DNA of 64,000 nt from Planctomycetota bacterium (lineage in GTDB: Bacteria > Planctomycetota > B15-G4). The stretch lies in NCBI GenBank assembly GCA_965248575.1, contig CBDFJQ010000002.1, positions 4,576,001 through 4,640,000 of the forward strand, given 5' to 3'. The translations under genes were made by a program, and so were the position numbers. The notes under the pieces were generated by a model, which was not told the origin of the DNA, did not search any database, and saw nothing but the letters and a program-made list of their open reading frames with translations. Each line of letters opens with the position of its first letter. The first letter of the stretch is position 1. Of this stretch, positions 8,285 to 17,857 are shown in pieces.

Positions 8285-10588
8285 TCAGCGTAGGTAGCCC
8301 ATGGCACGCAGACGATCAAGCTCCTCGGGATCGAGAGTGCGCTCTGTGTCGCCTTCGCCGCTGGCCAGGTAGTTCAACAGGAGGCGCACGGTTTCTTCCC
8401 AGGCGCCCGGTGGGCCAGGGAAGATGTCGTGCTGTTGCTCAGGATCCACGGCCACGTCGTAGAGCTCCACCTGGAACAGCAGGAGAGGGTCATCCAATGA
8501 GAGCTGCGCGTCGGCGATCTCCCAATGAGTTGTCGGCGCGAGCGGTTCGATTGGCATGGTGGCGAGGCGCACAGTGGTTCCGGCTGCAACAGCGACGGGA
8601 GGAGTACGCACCTCGCTCGAAGCTGCGTCCGTGTGGGTGATGGCGAGCCGGCTTCCTGGGACGGGTCGCCAGCCTTCCGGGGTTTGTTCCTCGATCAAAA
8701 GTGCGAGCTGCCCTTCGCTGCCTGCGACGGTCGCCGTGGCGCAGACCAGGCCCTCGGCGGGTGTTTGCCAGCTGGGTGTTCGCAGGATGGGACGCTCGTA
8801 GTCCCCAGGTAGGATGCGCAGTGCTCCTGCCTCGTCCATCGCCTGGGTTGCGAAGGCCGCAGGAATGACCCACGCGTCTGAGCTGTGTCGCTGCACGGCG
8901 TTTTGGTCCAGTCGCTCGAGCCAACGACGTGCCAGGCTTGGGCTGGGGGCCGCAGCTCGGGGCATGGTCAGGATCCATGTCTGGCTCCCACGACGAACCG
9001 AGGCGAGCCAGTGCTGCTCTTCGATGCGATCGGCGAAGCGCACTAGGGGAGTCTGGGGTGCTTGATCGGAAGACAGGGGCGGAGTGTTCAGCGAGCGTCC
9101 GCGAGCGCCCTTCAAGGGCGGCATTCCCAAGATGTCCAAGATGGTGGGCGCCACGTCCACGAGGCTGACGTCTTCGGGAGTGAAGCCGACCGGTCGGCTC
9201 GTCGACGGCAGTGAGACCAGCAGCGGGACGCGCACCAACTCATCGTAGAGGCTCGCCCGGTGGCGCCAGCTCCCGTGATCCAGGAACTCCTCCCCGTGGT
9301 CTGCGGTAAAGAGGATCAGTGCCTGGTCGCGGAGGCCTCGGGCTTCGAGCCCCTCCAGGAGCCGACCGATGTGTTGATCCAGATAGGCGACCTCACCGGC
9401 GTAGTCTTCTCGCAAGGAGTCGAGGTTGTCTGGAGTGCACTCCGGTTCGTTCCATGCGATGGGAACAGGGTGTGGCAAGTAGGGGTCGTGCGGGTCGAAG
9501 TAGTGGACGTAGAGGAAGAAGCCCGCGGACCCGAGATCATCGATGAGCGCGAGCGCATCATCCGTCACCTCGTCGGCGGCAACATAGCCGGAGCGGCGCG
9601 CGTACCAACCCGACGCCCCCAGCAGGGGCAGGATGGGCTTTCGCTTGGCATTGGGGCCGCTGATCCAACCCTGCTTTTGGGCCCAGCGATTGAAGCGCAT
9701 CACCCAGAAGAGGCTGGCCTGCGCCTCGTGAGTGTCCCGCCGAATCACGTCGAAGCCTCGCGCAAACCCTCGGCTCGGGTCGAGAATGGGATTCGAGATG
9801 ACGGCTGCCGTGCGATAGCCCTGACCCTTGAGTTGCTCGGTGAGGACTGGAATGTCATCCGTCAGGACTCCGGCGGACGTGCGCACCCCGTGCAGGGCTG
9901 GCTCCCTCCCTGTCCACAGGGATGCCATGGCCGGCAGAGTCCAGGAGGAGGTCGACATGTTGTCGCTCACGATCCAACCTTGGGCGCCAATGCTGTCGAT
10001 ATGCGGCGTGGGTTGTTCGGCGCCGTACGCGGACAAGGCATCTGCCCGAAGCGCATCCGCCACGATGAGGATGACTGGCGTCCCCTCTGCGGCGTCCCCA
10101 TAGGTTTCGCTCGGCCGCAGAATCAAAGCGCACGCAACCCAAGCGAACACAAGCACACTGAGGCCAACGCACCCGCAGCGCAGGCCGCCACCCGGACAGC
10201 GAGCCAGGGCCCATGCACCGCCCACGGCGCAGCCCACGCCCACCGCGGCCGCGGCAAGCGCTCCCCCGTCGCCGAGCCAGTAGGCGAGGGCGCCCAACGC
10301 TCCCAAGCCCAACCCTCCTCCGACGGTGGCGCGTTTCGGCGCGAAGGATGTTCGAGCCAGAGGCGCTGTCAGAATCAGGCCCAGGACAGTGCACGCAAGC
10401 GCGGGCAGGCACCACGTGGCGACCGCATACGCGAGCACCCAGGGCACTCGATGGGTGACGCCCGCTGACGTCGTGTCCCACACGCCCTCGGCCAGTCCGA
10501 TGAGACCCACCCCGGCGCCGACAGTGAAGAGCACACCCACGTCGGAGGGTCGCCGTGCGTGCTGCTGGGGTTGCGCCCTCGCTGTCAT
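8285..10588 (-). CDS. Membrane-anchored sulfatase / alkaline-phosphatase-superfamily hydrolase
   Basis: N-terminal TM helices; IVADALRAD, SSWTLPAMASLWTG, HYFDPHDPY, TADHGEEF, terminal LRAMGY. The start is uncertain. Confidence 0.88.
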   Translation of the reverse strand: MTARAQPQQHARRPSDVGVLFTVGAGVGLIGLAEGVWDTTSAGVTHRVPWVLAYAVATWCLPALACTVLGLILTAPLARTSFAPKRATVGGGLGLGALGALAYWLGDGGALAAAAVGVGCAVGGAWALARCPGGGLRCGCVGLSVLVFAWVACALILRPSETYGDAAEGTPVILIVADALRADALSAYGAEQPTPHIDSIGAQGWIVSDNMSTSSWTLPAMASLWTGREPALHGVRTSAGVLTDDIPVLTEQLKGQGYRTAAVISNPILDPSRGFARGFDVIRRDTHEAQASLFWVMRFNRWAQKQGWISGPNAKRKPILPLLGASGWYARRSGYVAADEVTDDALALIDDLGSAGFFLYVHYFDPHDPYLPHPVPIAWNEPECTPDNLDSLREDYAGEVAYLDQHIGRLLEGLEARGLRDQALILFTADHGEEFLDHGSWRHRASLYDELVRVPLLVSLPSTSRPVGFTPEDVSLVDVAPTILDILGMPPLKGARGRSLNTPPLSSDQAPQTPLVRFADRIEEQHWLASVRRGSQTWILTMPRAAAPSPSLARRWLERLDQNAVQRHSSDAWVIPAAFATQAMDEAGALRILPGDYERPILRTPSWQTPAEGLVCATATVAGSEGQLALLIEEQTPEGWRPVPGSRLAITHTDAASSEVRTPPVAVAAGTTVRLATMPIEPLAPTTHWEIADAQLSLDDPLLLFQVELYDVAVDPEQQHDIFPGPPGAWEETVRLLLNYLASGEGDTERTLDPEELDRLRAMGYLR

Positions 10589-10750
10589 GCCCATCACTCC
10601 GTGTGCCATCCTCCTCGGGAATGGCGAGGCTCCTTGCGGCGCCGGCCGCATCGAAGCGGCGCCGGACGCGCGGATCGCCTACGATCCGGACTATCGCACG
10701 AACGGTCTCCAATCGGTCGGTTGGCGTAGGATGCATTCTGGAGATTCGAC

Positions 10751-11290
10751 ATGCGAAGAACAGTTCTCGTCGCGGCGTTCGCGTTGCTCCTCGTCAACTG
10801 TGGGGGGGCGGAGCAGGCGACACGAGCCGACACCGACCATCCAACGACCTATGCCAAGGATGGGCTGACGTTTCAGGTGCCGGGGAACTGGAGCGTCACC
10901 GAGGATGAAGACTTCCCCACGCATCGCTTCGTGTTGGTCGAGGAACCGGGAAACGCGCTCGTCGTCATGCAGCTCTTCCCGTTCCACCAGCCTGCAGACA
11001 TCGCCGCCTTGGCACGGGACTTCGCGGCCTCGACGGCCATTGCGTCCAAACCCTGGCCCCAAGAATCGACCTTCGGAACGCCGGGCACGGCCGGCGGGTA
11101 CGAGACTCTCCGAGAGGCGTTCACCCTCAGGGTGCTCGCATCTACAGTCCCGCACACGCGCGACTATCGTCTCAAGGCCTATGGCGACCGGATGTGCTTC
11201 ATCGTGGCACAGGTGGCGGACGAAGACCGAGCGAACGTCAAGTCAGGCTTTGAGCAGATTGCCAGGTCGATGGACTATCGCGAGCCCTAG
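10751..11290 (+). CDS. Hypothetical lipoprotein (possibly PsbP/Mog1-like fold)
   Basis: GGAG RBS, lipobox-like LLVNC, 'GLTFQVPGNW' motif and a C-terminal helix. Confidence 0.65.
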   Translation: MRRTVLVAAFALLLVNCGGAEQATRADTDHPTTYAKDGLTFQVPGNWSVTEDEDFPTHRFVLVEEPGNALVVMQLFPFHQPADIAALARDFAASTAIASKPWPQESTFGTPGTAGGYETLREAFTLRVLASTVPHTRDYRLKAYGDRMCFIVAQVADEDRANVKSGFEQIARSMDYREP

Positions 11291-11676
11291 TCGGTTCCCT
11301 GTGAGTTCGGACTCAGTTCCAAGACACCTACCTGATGTGTTGGGGCCGCCTCCCCGTGCGATCTTCCGCGCCGCTGTTCGTCCGGTGTCCAACGCAGCTG
11401 CGGCGGGAGCGGCGGCTGGGCGGCTCTCGAGATTCGCAGCGCGTCGTTCTTGGGCCTGGACCAGCGCATGTCAGCCGCTCACGCGGCCAACTCCGTTTTC
11501 ACGAGGGGCTTGATGCACTTCCACCTGGATCGGGAGAGGCGTCTTCTTGAGCAGCCTGCTTCCCGGCGACGGCCCTCTGCTCGTAGGCCTGCGCAACCGC
11601 GTTTCAGTGCGCGTGTTTCAGAACATTGCGACCAACAACCCACCGACCAAACATCCTCGGACCGTCGGCAAGCCCG

Positions 11677-11693
11677 TTGGCACCAATCCTGCG
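11677..11693 (+). promoter_or_regulatory. Putative sigma54 (-24/-12) promoter
   Basis: TTGGCACCAATCCTGCG has GG-N10-GC spacing. Upstream are a GTTTCAG direct repeat (11601, 11615) and the palindrome TGTT-TCAG-AACA (11614-11625). Confidence 0.5.
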
Positions 11694-11727
11694 TACGTAG
11701 GGATCGGAATCCAGAGCGGCCTCTTCG

Positions 11728-11771
11728 GCTGCAAGCCCCGCCCGACCGCAAGGTCGAACGGGGCTCGCAGC
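11728..11771 (+). other. Extended stem-loop with a GCAA (GNRA) tetraloop
   Basis: GCTGC-A-AGCCCCG-CC-CGACC-GCAA-GGTCG-AA-CGGGGCT-C-GCAGC gives 17 Watson-Crick pairs. Confidence 0.6.
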
Positions 11772-11799
11772 ACGCGGGGCGACGCATGGTCACGCCGCA

Positions 11800-13581
11800 C
11801 TAGAACGAGTGGCTGATCGAACTCACAGGAAGGTGCAGAGCCCCTGGCACATACGGCGTGCTGCCGATCAGGGCGAAGGGCAGGTGCTTGCCTGCGCACT
11901 CGGCCTTTTTGATCGCGGACACCTGGGTCGCTGTGATCGCGCGATGATAGAGCGTGACTTCGTCGAGCCCACCCTCCAGACCCGATGTGTCGAGCGGGTT
12001 GCCGCGGCCGATGGAGAGTCCCATCCCGGACGAAAGTGATCCGATCACACCAGAATTGTCGTTCGTGGCGACGAGGCTCCCATCGACGTAGATCTTCGTG
12101 TCCACACCACGCGTGACGACCATGGCCACGTGGTGCCACAGACCATCCTGGATGTTCGTCGTCGAGGTCGTCATGTGGGCCGTCGAGCCGTCGTACATCT
12201 CGAGGCCAGGCTGTCCGGCGTCCAGGAACAGACGGTAGCCGACACCCACAAGCGAGCGCTTGTCGAGGAAGGTCTCGGTGCTCGCCGAGGGAGCCGTCAC
12301 GCGGATCCATGCCTCCAATGAGAAGTCATTCAAACCCACCTCGAGAGCGGCATTCGGTGGCACATCGACGCCCGAAAGGCCGCCGTCGAACTTCAGGGCG
12401 CAGCGGACGACACCCTCACTAGCGGTGAGATTCGGTCCCTCCCAGCTGCCGTGGACACCCGTCATGATGTCTTTGGAGATGGGGGTGCTCGCTGTCCCGT
12501 CCTCATCCAGCTTCCACCAGCCCACGGCGTCGTCGGGCCGTGGCGTGGAGTTCTTCTTGGAAGAGAGCGTTTGTACCTCGCCGTCCGCCCGATCGGTCAC
12601 ATAGGTGCGCCTCTCGCACTGGACCTTCTTCTCGCCGTCGATCGATCCGATGACTCGCCACGTGCGTTGCAGCTCCAGGCCACCCAGCATGGGAACGCTC
12701 GGCGCCGAAACAGGCACCGATTGGCTCGAGTAGAAGTCGGCGCTGTAGGACGGCGCGGTCACATCGTTCCAGGTGAGCGTGGTGACGTCAGGGTCGAGCG
12801 TAAGGCTGTAGCGGGTCTGGAACAGGTCCCGAGCATCGATGCCCGCGAGTTCGTCCGCAGCCATGGGGAACTCCGGCGTTGAGCTCCCGTACTCATACGT
12901 TTGGATCTTGTCGTCGTCTGACGGAGCGATGGCCCGAACAGCCAGGTGCACACGGCGCATGTGATCGACGCTCACGTCGAACGGGCGATAGTCGGTCTCG
13001 TACTCATTCACGGGAAAGGCCCACTCGCCGGCGCGGACGTCGGCACCTACGAACTCAAAGACGCGTCCGTAGGACTCGTCGACCACGAACACATTGCCTT
13101 CGGGGCCGACAGCAATGCCCGTCGGCCAGAAGAAGGGTTCCAGCGGGTTGCCCCGGAAGGTCTGTTGGAGGTTTCCCCACTTGTCAAACACCTGCACGCT
13201 GGAATTGCCGCCCAAGCTGGTGCCCGTGGCATAGACGAACTCCTGTTCCTCGTGGCCGGGGATGTCGTTCACCGCAATGCCGAACGGACCGTCGGTGAAC
13301 ATGGTCCACTCGGACGGCAGGACCGCAGAGCCGGTGGGGGTCATGACCCAGCGGATGATCTTGTGGCTGACGTCGTCGGCCACATAGGCCCAGGACACCG
13401 GCGTGTGGCACCAACCCATGACGGCCACATCGACGGGGTCCATGAGCAGGCTCCCTCCGAAGGGCGCCTTCGGACCGAGGCCCGCAGGGAACACCTTTGC
13501 GGAGACGAGCTGCGCCGAGGTCGGCAGCCCGAGCAAGAGCGTGGCGAGCAGGGTGAGAGAAAGCTGACGCAGGGTGTTCAT
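11800..13581 (-). CDS. Secreted NHL-repeat plus LamG/concanavalin-like domain protein
   Basis: Signal peptide MNTLRQL..TSAQ; FWPTGIAVGPEGNVFVVD; GWWKLDE, FSLEAWIR, DGLWHHVA, GGLDEVTLYHRA. Confidence 0.85.
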   Translation of the reverse strand: MNTLRQLSLTLLATLLLGLPTSAQLVSAKVFPAGLGPKAPFGGSLLMDPVDVAVMGWCHTPVSWAYVADDVSHKIIRWVMTPTGSAVLPSEWTMFTDGPFGIAVNDIPGHEEQEFVYATGTSLGGNSSVQVFDKWGNLQQTFRGNPLEPFFWPTGIAVGPEGNVFVVDESYGRVFEFVGADVRAGEWAFPVNEYETDYRPFDVSVDHMRRVHLAVRAIAPSDDDKIQTYEYGSSTPEFPMAADELAGIDARDLFQTRYSLTLDPDVTTLTWNDVTAPSYSADFYSSQSVPVSAPSVPMLGGLELQRTWRVIGSIDGEKKVQCERRTYVTDRADGEVQTLSSKKNSTPRPDDAVGWWKLDEDGTASTPISKDIMTGVHGSWEGPNLTASEGVVRCALKFDGGLSGVDVPPNAALEVGLNDFSLEAWIRVTAPSASTETFLDKRSLVGVGYRLFLDAGQPGLEMYDGSTAHMTTSTTNIQDGLWHHVAMVVTRGVDTKIYVDGSLVATNDNSGVIGSLSSGMGLSIGRGNPLDTSGLEGGLDEVTLYHRAITATQVSAIKKAECAGKHLPFALIGSTPYVPGALHLPVSSISHSF

Positions 13582-13803
13582 GGCGGCCGTCCTTTCGGTC
13601 TTTCGGGTTCGTGGCGGCGAAGCCTGCGGCTCGCTCTGCCAACTCTCCCGTGGCCGATGGCCGCTTGCGGTGGACACAAAAATGAAAAGAGGGCAGCCAT
13701 GAGCTGCACCAGGGTCTCACTGCCTACCGCGGCGAGGAGGGGAACGACAGCCCACGGATCGCCTCCGTATGCCCTCGTACCCCGGCCGTGGCCGCTCAGG
13801 CGA

Positions 13804-15798
13804 TCAGTTCTCGCAGAACACCACCTCGAGCCCATTCGAGAGCGCGAGGTCGAAAGGCTGGGTGTCGTCGAAGGACGCGTACTGCATGAGCAGGGTGAAG
13901 CCCACGAGCAGCGGATCGTTGGGGAGCGTCGTCGAAAGAGACAGTGCGCCGCTCCCATCGAGCCCGAAGTTCAGGAGGATCGCGCCAGGCGACGGATCCA
14001 CGAGCAACCGCCCGCCCGCAAACGGCAGATCGAGCTTCACCTGGCTGCCCATGAGCAGGCCTGGCTTGTTCGGCGTGCCACCCGTGACGTTCACCGTCAG
14101 CGGGGCGCCAAGCACGGGCTCCACGTCGAGCGCCAAGAGGAGGCCGGGGAGCGGGCCAGCGACGCCGTAGGACTCGACGCCACACAGGCGCACGGTCTCG
14201 GTCGTCGATGTGCCGATGTTGCCCATCGGGTCGGTCGAGACGACGTGGTAGCTCACGTCCATGCCGACGAGCCCGTCGGTCGACGGCGCGGGGTCCACAA
14301 CGCCGCGCCACAGCGCCCCGCCCACATAGTCCATCGAGGTCGTCGAGCCGCCGACTTCGCCGCTCTTGAGCGTGTCGACCACGAGGTCGGCCGTCAGGTA
14401 GACGGTTTCGTCGTCCACGAGCGCGTCCTCGATCCAGGCCCGACGCGCCCAGCCGCCGGCCAGCTGCGAGAGCGCCAGTGTCTGGGGCGCCAGCGCGAGC
14501 TGCTTGATCACGGGCGCGCGGCTGTCCGCCGGCCCTGTGTTGCGGTGGTACACGTTGGCGAACGGCAGGAACTCTCCCTGCACGCTCACGATGTCGTAGT
14601 CGCCGTCCCCGTCGAAGTCGCCGAGCCCGAGGTCGAGCGTCGCGTCCGGCGCGACGTCGAAGGCGCCGGAGACATAGCTGAACCAGTTGGCCCCCACCAC
14701 GCCGGTGTTCAGGAGCAGCTTCTCGGGTTGGGGTGGCCCGCCCGTCGAGAACTGGAGCGCGCCCACGAGCAGGTCCAGGTCTCCGTCGTCGTCGGCGTCC
14801 AGGTAGGCGAAGTCGTTCTCGTCCTCATTGTTCGGCCCGTCGAAGTAGGTGGGCTGGTTCGTGAAGGCGAGCGTGCCGCCCGGCACGAGATCGTTGTGCA
14901 GGAAGGTGTTGCTGAAGGGCGTCTGCCAGTTCATGAGGAAGGCGTCGAAGTCGCTGTCGCCGTCGAGGTCGGCGAACTCGGTCTCATAGGTGTCGCCCCC
15001 GGGCGCTGTCGGGAAGATGGTCCCGTCCAGCGTGAACTGCGCCGTCCCGTCATTGATGTAGGCCTGGGTGACCGGCGACTTGCCGTCCACCACGAGATCC
15101 AGGTCGAGGTCCTGGTCGAGATCCACCAGCTTCACGTTCTGCGCGCCGATTTTCGGCACGGCACCGAGCCGCGTGGGCTCGTCGGTGAAGAAGCCGGTCC
15201 CGTCGTTCAACAGCAGGCGTGCGAGGCCGCCGGGTGGGCCGAAGGTCGGGAAGCCCGCGTCGGCGAACACGAGGTCGAGGTCTCCATCGTCGTCCAGGTC
15301 TCCCGCAACGACCGAGAACCCGTTGAACACGAACGGCGACGGGAGCCGGTTTGATTCGTCGACCCACGCGCCAGTCATCGGGTCCTTGCGCAACAGGCGT
15401 TGGGGGGCCTCGAAGGCCACCGCGATGGCGATGTCATCGTGACCATCGTCGTCCAGGTCGGCCACGGCCGCCGACTTGGCGTGCATGACGAGCCCGGCCG
15501 GGAAGAACGTCGCGGTCGCGTCCACGAAGATGGGGTCACCGCCCACACCCGCACCCGTGTTGCGGAGCAGCGTCGGCAGCAGCGGCTGTTCGTTCGGGGC
15601 CTGGAAGTCGCCGGGCTTCTCCCAGCCCTGGGCGTTCAGGATCAGCACGTCGAGCAGCCCGTCACCGTCCGCATCGAGCGGGATGGCTGCCTCGCTCCAG
15701 ACTGCGGGATCCGCGGGGATGGCCGAGGAAACGAACTGCTGACTGGCGACGGGGGTGGCCAGGGCCGCGACCAGGGTCGCGCACACGAGGAGGCGCAT
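13804..15798 (-). CDS. Secreted FG-GAP/VCBS repeat protein with the shared C-terminal domain
   Basis: Signal peptide MRLLVCATL..ASQQ; many DLDGDGDLD loops; ends QYASFDDTQPFDLALSNGLEVVFCEN. Confidence 0.85.
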   Translation of the reverse strand: MRLLVCATLVAALATPVASQQFVSSAIPADPAVWSEAAIPLDADGDGLLDVLILNAQGWEKPGDFQAPNEQPLLPTLLRNTGAGVGGDPIFVDATATFFPAGLVMHAKSAAVADLDDDGHDDIAIAVAFEAPQRLLRKDPMTGAWVDESNRLPSPFVFNGFSVVAGDLDDDGDLDLVFADAGFPTFGPPGGLARLLLNDGTGFFTDEPTRLGAVPKIGAQNVKLVDLDQDLDLDLVVDGKSPVTQAYINDGTAQFTLDGTIFPTAPGGDTYETEFADLDGDSDFDAFLMNWQTPFSNTFLHNDLVPGGTLAFTNQPTYFDGPNNEDENDFAYLDADDDGDLDLLVGALQFSTGGPPQPEKLLLNTGVVGANWFSYVSGAFDVAPDATLDLGLGDFDGDGDYDIVSVQGEFLPFANVYHRNTGPADSRAPVIKQLALAPQTLALSQLAGGWARRAWIEDALVDDETVYLTADLVVDTLKSGEVGGSTTSMDYVGGALWRGVVDPAPSTDGLVGMDVSYHVVSTDPMGNIGTSTTETVRLCGVESYGVAGPLPGLLLALDVEPVLGAPLTVNVTGGTPNKPGLLMGSQVKLDLPFAGGRLLVDPSPGAILLNFGLDGSGALSLSTTLPNDPLLVGFTLLMQYASFDDTQPFDLALSNGLEVVFCEN

Positions 15799-16072
15799 GG
15801 GGAACTCGGGGGGGGCGGAGCGGCGGTCCGGACCGGGGGAGAGCCCGGACCGGGGGAGAGGAGGGGGAGGGAAGCCTATCTTGAAGCTGCAATCCCGGGG
15901 GCCGCTGAATCCGAACGCGCCCGTCGGAGTTGGCGGTGGGGGTATTCCGGACAAGGGAGTCTGGCGACGGGGTTTTCGTGTCACGCATCCCGCAGCGGCG
16001 GCACTCTTCTCTAGACGCCCGGAACGACTCCCACCTCCGTGGGGCGGTCGCTGCCACCCCTGGAGACCTCCG

Positions 16073-17224
16073 ATGTTCATCGATCAGCCCCTTGTGAGCC
16101 GTTCCCTGGCTGCCTGCGCGCTCGTGCTGGTCCTGCTACTGGGCTGCCTCGGCCCGCTGGCGAACGCTTCTTTGCCGGTCCGCGCCGACGAGGTACCAAC
16201 CCGTGAGGCGGCCCAGAAGCTGCTGGAGCGAGAGCGCTTCGAGCAGGCGATCGAGGCCTTCCAGAGGATCGCGGAGGCAGAACCGGAGAGCGCTCTGGGC
16301 TGGTTCGACCTGGCTTCGGCCCATCACGTGGCAGGCCACTACGAACAGGCCGTGCAGATCGGTCGGCATGCTGCGGAGTTCCCAGAGCACCGGGCCACCA
16401 GCCTCTACAACGTCGCTTGTGCCTCGGCGCTGTTGGGCCGTCAGGATGATGCTGAGGCGGCGCTGAACGAGGCACTGGAAGCAGGCTTCTGCAACTACGA
16501 CCTGATTGCTGTGGACACGGACCTGGAGCTCCTGCGCAGTGCGGGCAAGTTGCGCATGCCAGCGGACCATGAGTACGCGACGCTGCGACACGGCGGGGTG
16601 GTCGTGCCGTACGTCGTGTTGCTGCCGGAGGGCTACGACGAGCAGAAGACCTACCCGGCCGCAGTCGCCTTTGCGCCGGGCGGCATGGGCATGAAGTCCA
16701 CGGACTGGACGCTCGACACGATCTGGGCGCAGCCAGCGGATCGTGCGGGTTGGATCATCGTGTGCGCGGCCCAGCCCAGCAATGGCTGGATCAACCACCC
16801 ATCACACCACGCACTGAACGCGCTCATGACCGACATAGCCAAGAAGCACAATATCGAAGAGGACCGCTTCCAGTTCATCGGTCTGGGTGAAGGCGGCCGG
16901 CCCGCGGCGACCTACGCCTCCATGTCGCGCAAGTTCGTGCGAGGCCTCACGCTGGTGGACAGCTCCGGCTACGGCCGCTGGCACGATGAGGACGTCGCGG
17001 ACGTGGCCAGCGAGGAACGGCCCGTGACGCTCTTCGTCGGGGGGGCGTCGGGCGCCCTGCGGGAGGAGGCTCAGCGTGTGGAAACATTGATGAGGGGAGC
17101 TGGCGGCGAGGTGAACTTGGTGGTGCTGGACGGTCACGAACCGGCCTTGCTGCGACTCGATGCGAAGCGGCTGCTGGCGACGACGCCTGCCGGGACACCT
17201 GGTACGGAAGACCGGGGGCACTGA
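16073..17224 (+). CDS. Secreted TPR plus alpha/beta-hydrolase-fold protein
   Basis: GGAG RBS and signal peptide; TPRs with YNVACASALLG; LPEGYDEQKTYP; nucleophile-elbow-like FIGLGEGG. Confidence 0.75.
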   Translation: MFIDQPLVSRSLAACALVLVLLLGCLGPLANASLPVRADEVPTREAAQKLLERERFEQAIEAFQRIAEAEPESALGWFDLASAHHVAGHYEQAVQIGRHAAEFPEHRATSLYNVACASALLGRQDDAEAALNEALEAGFCNYDLIAVDTDLELLRSAGKLRMPADHEYATLRHGGVVVPYVVLLPEGYDEQKTYPAAVAFAPGGMGMKSTDWTLDTIWAQPADRAGWIIVCAAQPSNGWINHPSHHALNALMTDIAKKHNIEEDRFQFIGLGEGGRPAATYASMSRKFVRGLTLVDSSGYGRWHDEDVADVASEERPVTLFVGGASGALREEAQRVETLMRGAGGEVNLVVLDGHEPALLRLDAKRLLATTPAGTPGTEDRGH

Positions 17225-17332
17225 AGCGCTGAGCCCACCCGCCTGCGCCGCAAGCCAGAGCAGCCCACGAACACCCGAAGGTGTCCGTGGGCTGCTTCCG
17301 GCGAACGAGCGCCGACGGGCGCCGCGTCCCGA

Positions 17333-17614
17333 TCAGAACACAGCGAACTGGGCTCCGTTGCTGAGCGTGTAGCCGTCCGGCCCGGCCGAGTCGAGGAACA
17401 CCGACTGCAGGAAGATCGTGAGGCCCTTGATGGCACTGACGTCTGGAGGCAGCGGGATCGAGGCCGAACCAGCGCCGGCTTGGCCGGGGGCAGCACCCAT
17501 CGGCAACGGGAGGGTCCTCATCCACGAGGGGTCGATCAGGAAGGTCCCGCCGACGCCGGGGATGCTGGCCTGCCTCAGGCCGAGGATGAGCAGGCCATGT
17601 GCGCCGCCCACCAC
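17333..17614 (-). pseudogene. Isolated C-terminal-domain fragment of a secreted protein
   Basis: Encodes GGTFLIDP...IFLQSVFLDSAGPDGYTLSNGAQFAVF. An in-frame stop lies just upstream, and there is no signal peptide or RBS. Confidence 0.6.
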
Positions 17615-17668
17615 GGCGGCCGATCCCGGTCATGCGAGGGGCGTGTTCGCAGATCATCGGAAGGCGCG

Positions 17669-17818
17669 GAGGGGCTAGGCGGGTTCGGCGTCCTGCAGCA
17701 GACCGTCTTGAGCTTGACCAATCTGGGCGAGGTCGAACAGGCCGACGTCGACGGGGACGGCGATCTCGAAGTCGTCGCGAACGCCTCCGGCGAATCGCTG
17801 AGGCACTTTCTCCTCTGA
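17669..17818 (+). pseudogene. Single FG-GAP repeat remnant
   Basis: EGLGGFGVLQQTV...ADVDGDGDLEVVA with no credible start. Confidence 0.5.
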
Positions 17819-17857
17819 TACCCTGGCACGCCCGCTTGCCACCGGTGCCCTTCTATC

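Noticed and set aside
11500..11620. Possible decayed copy of the shared C-terminal domain (GSGEAS..LLPGDGPLLVGL)
   Set aside because: It needs several frameshifts and the similarity is too short to support.
12946..15354. Long antisense ORFs (also 43706..46039, 36620..37768, 53251..54678 and others)
   Set aside because: They are shadows of GC-rich genes on the opposite strand and contain no recognisable motifs.
17823..17840. TGGCAC...TTGC upstream of the SGNH-MBOAT pair as a sigma54 promoter
   Set aside because: The spacing is GG-N11-GC, one base too long for the strict -24/-12 geometry.
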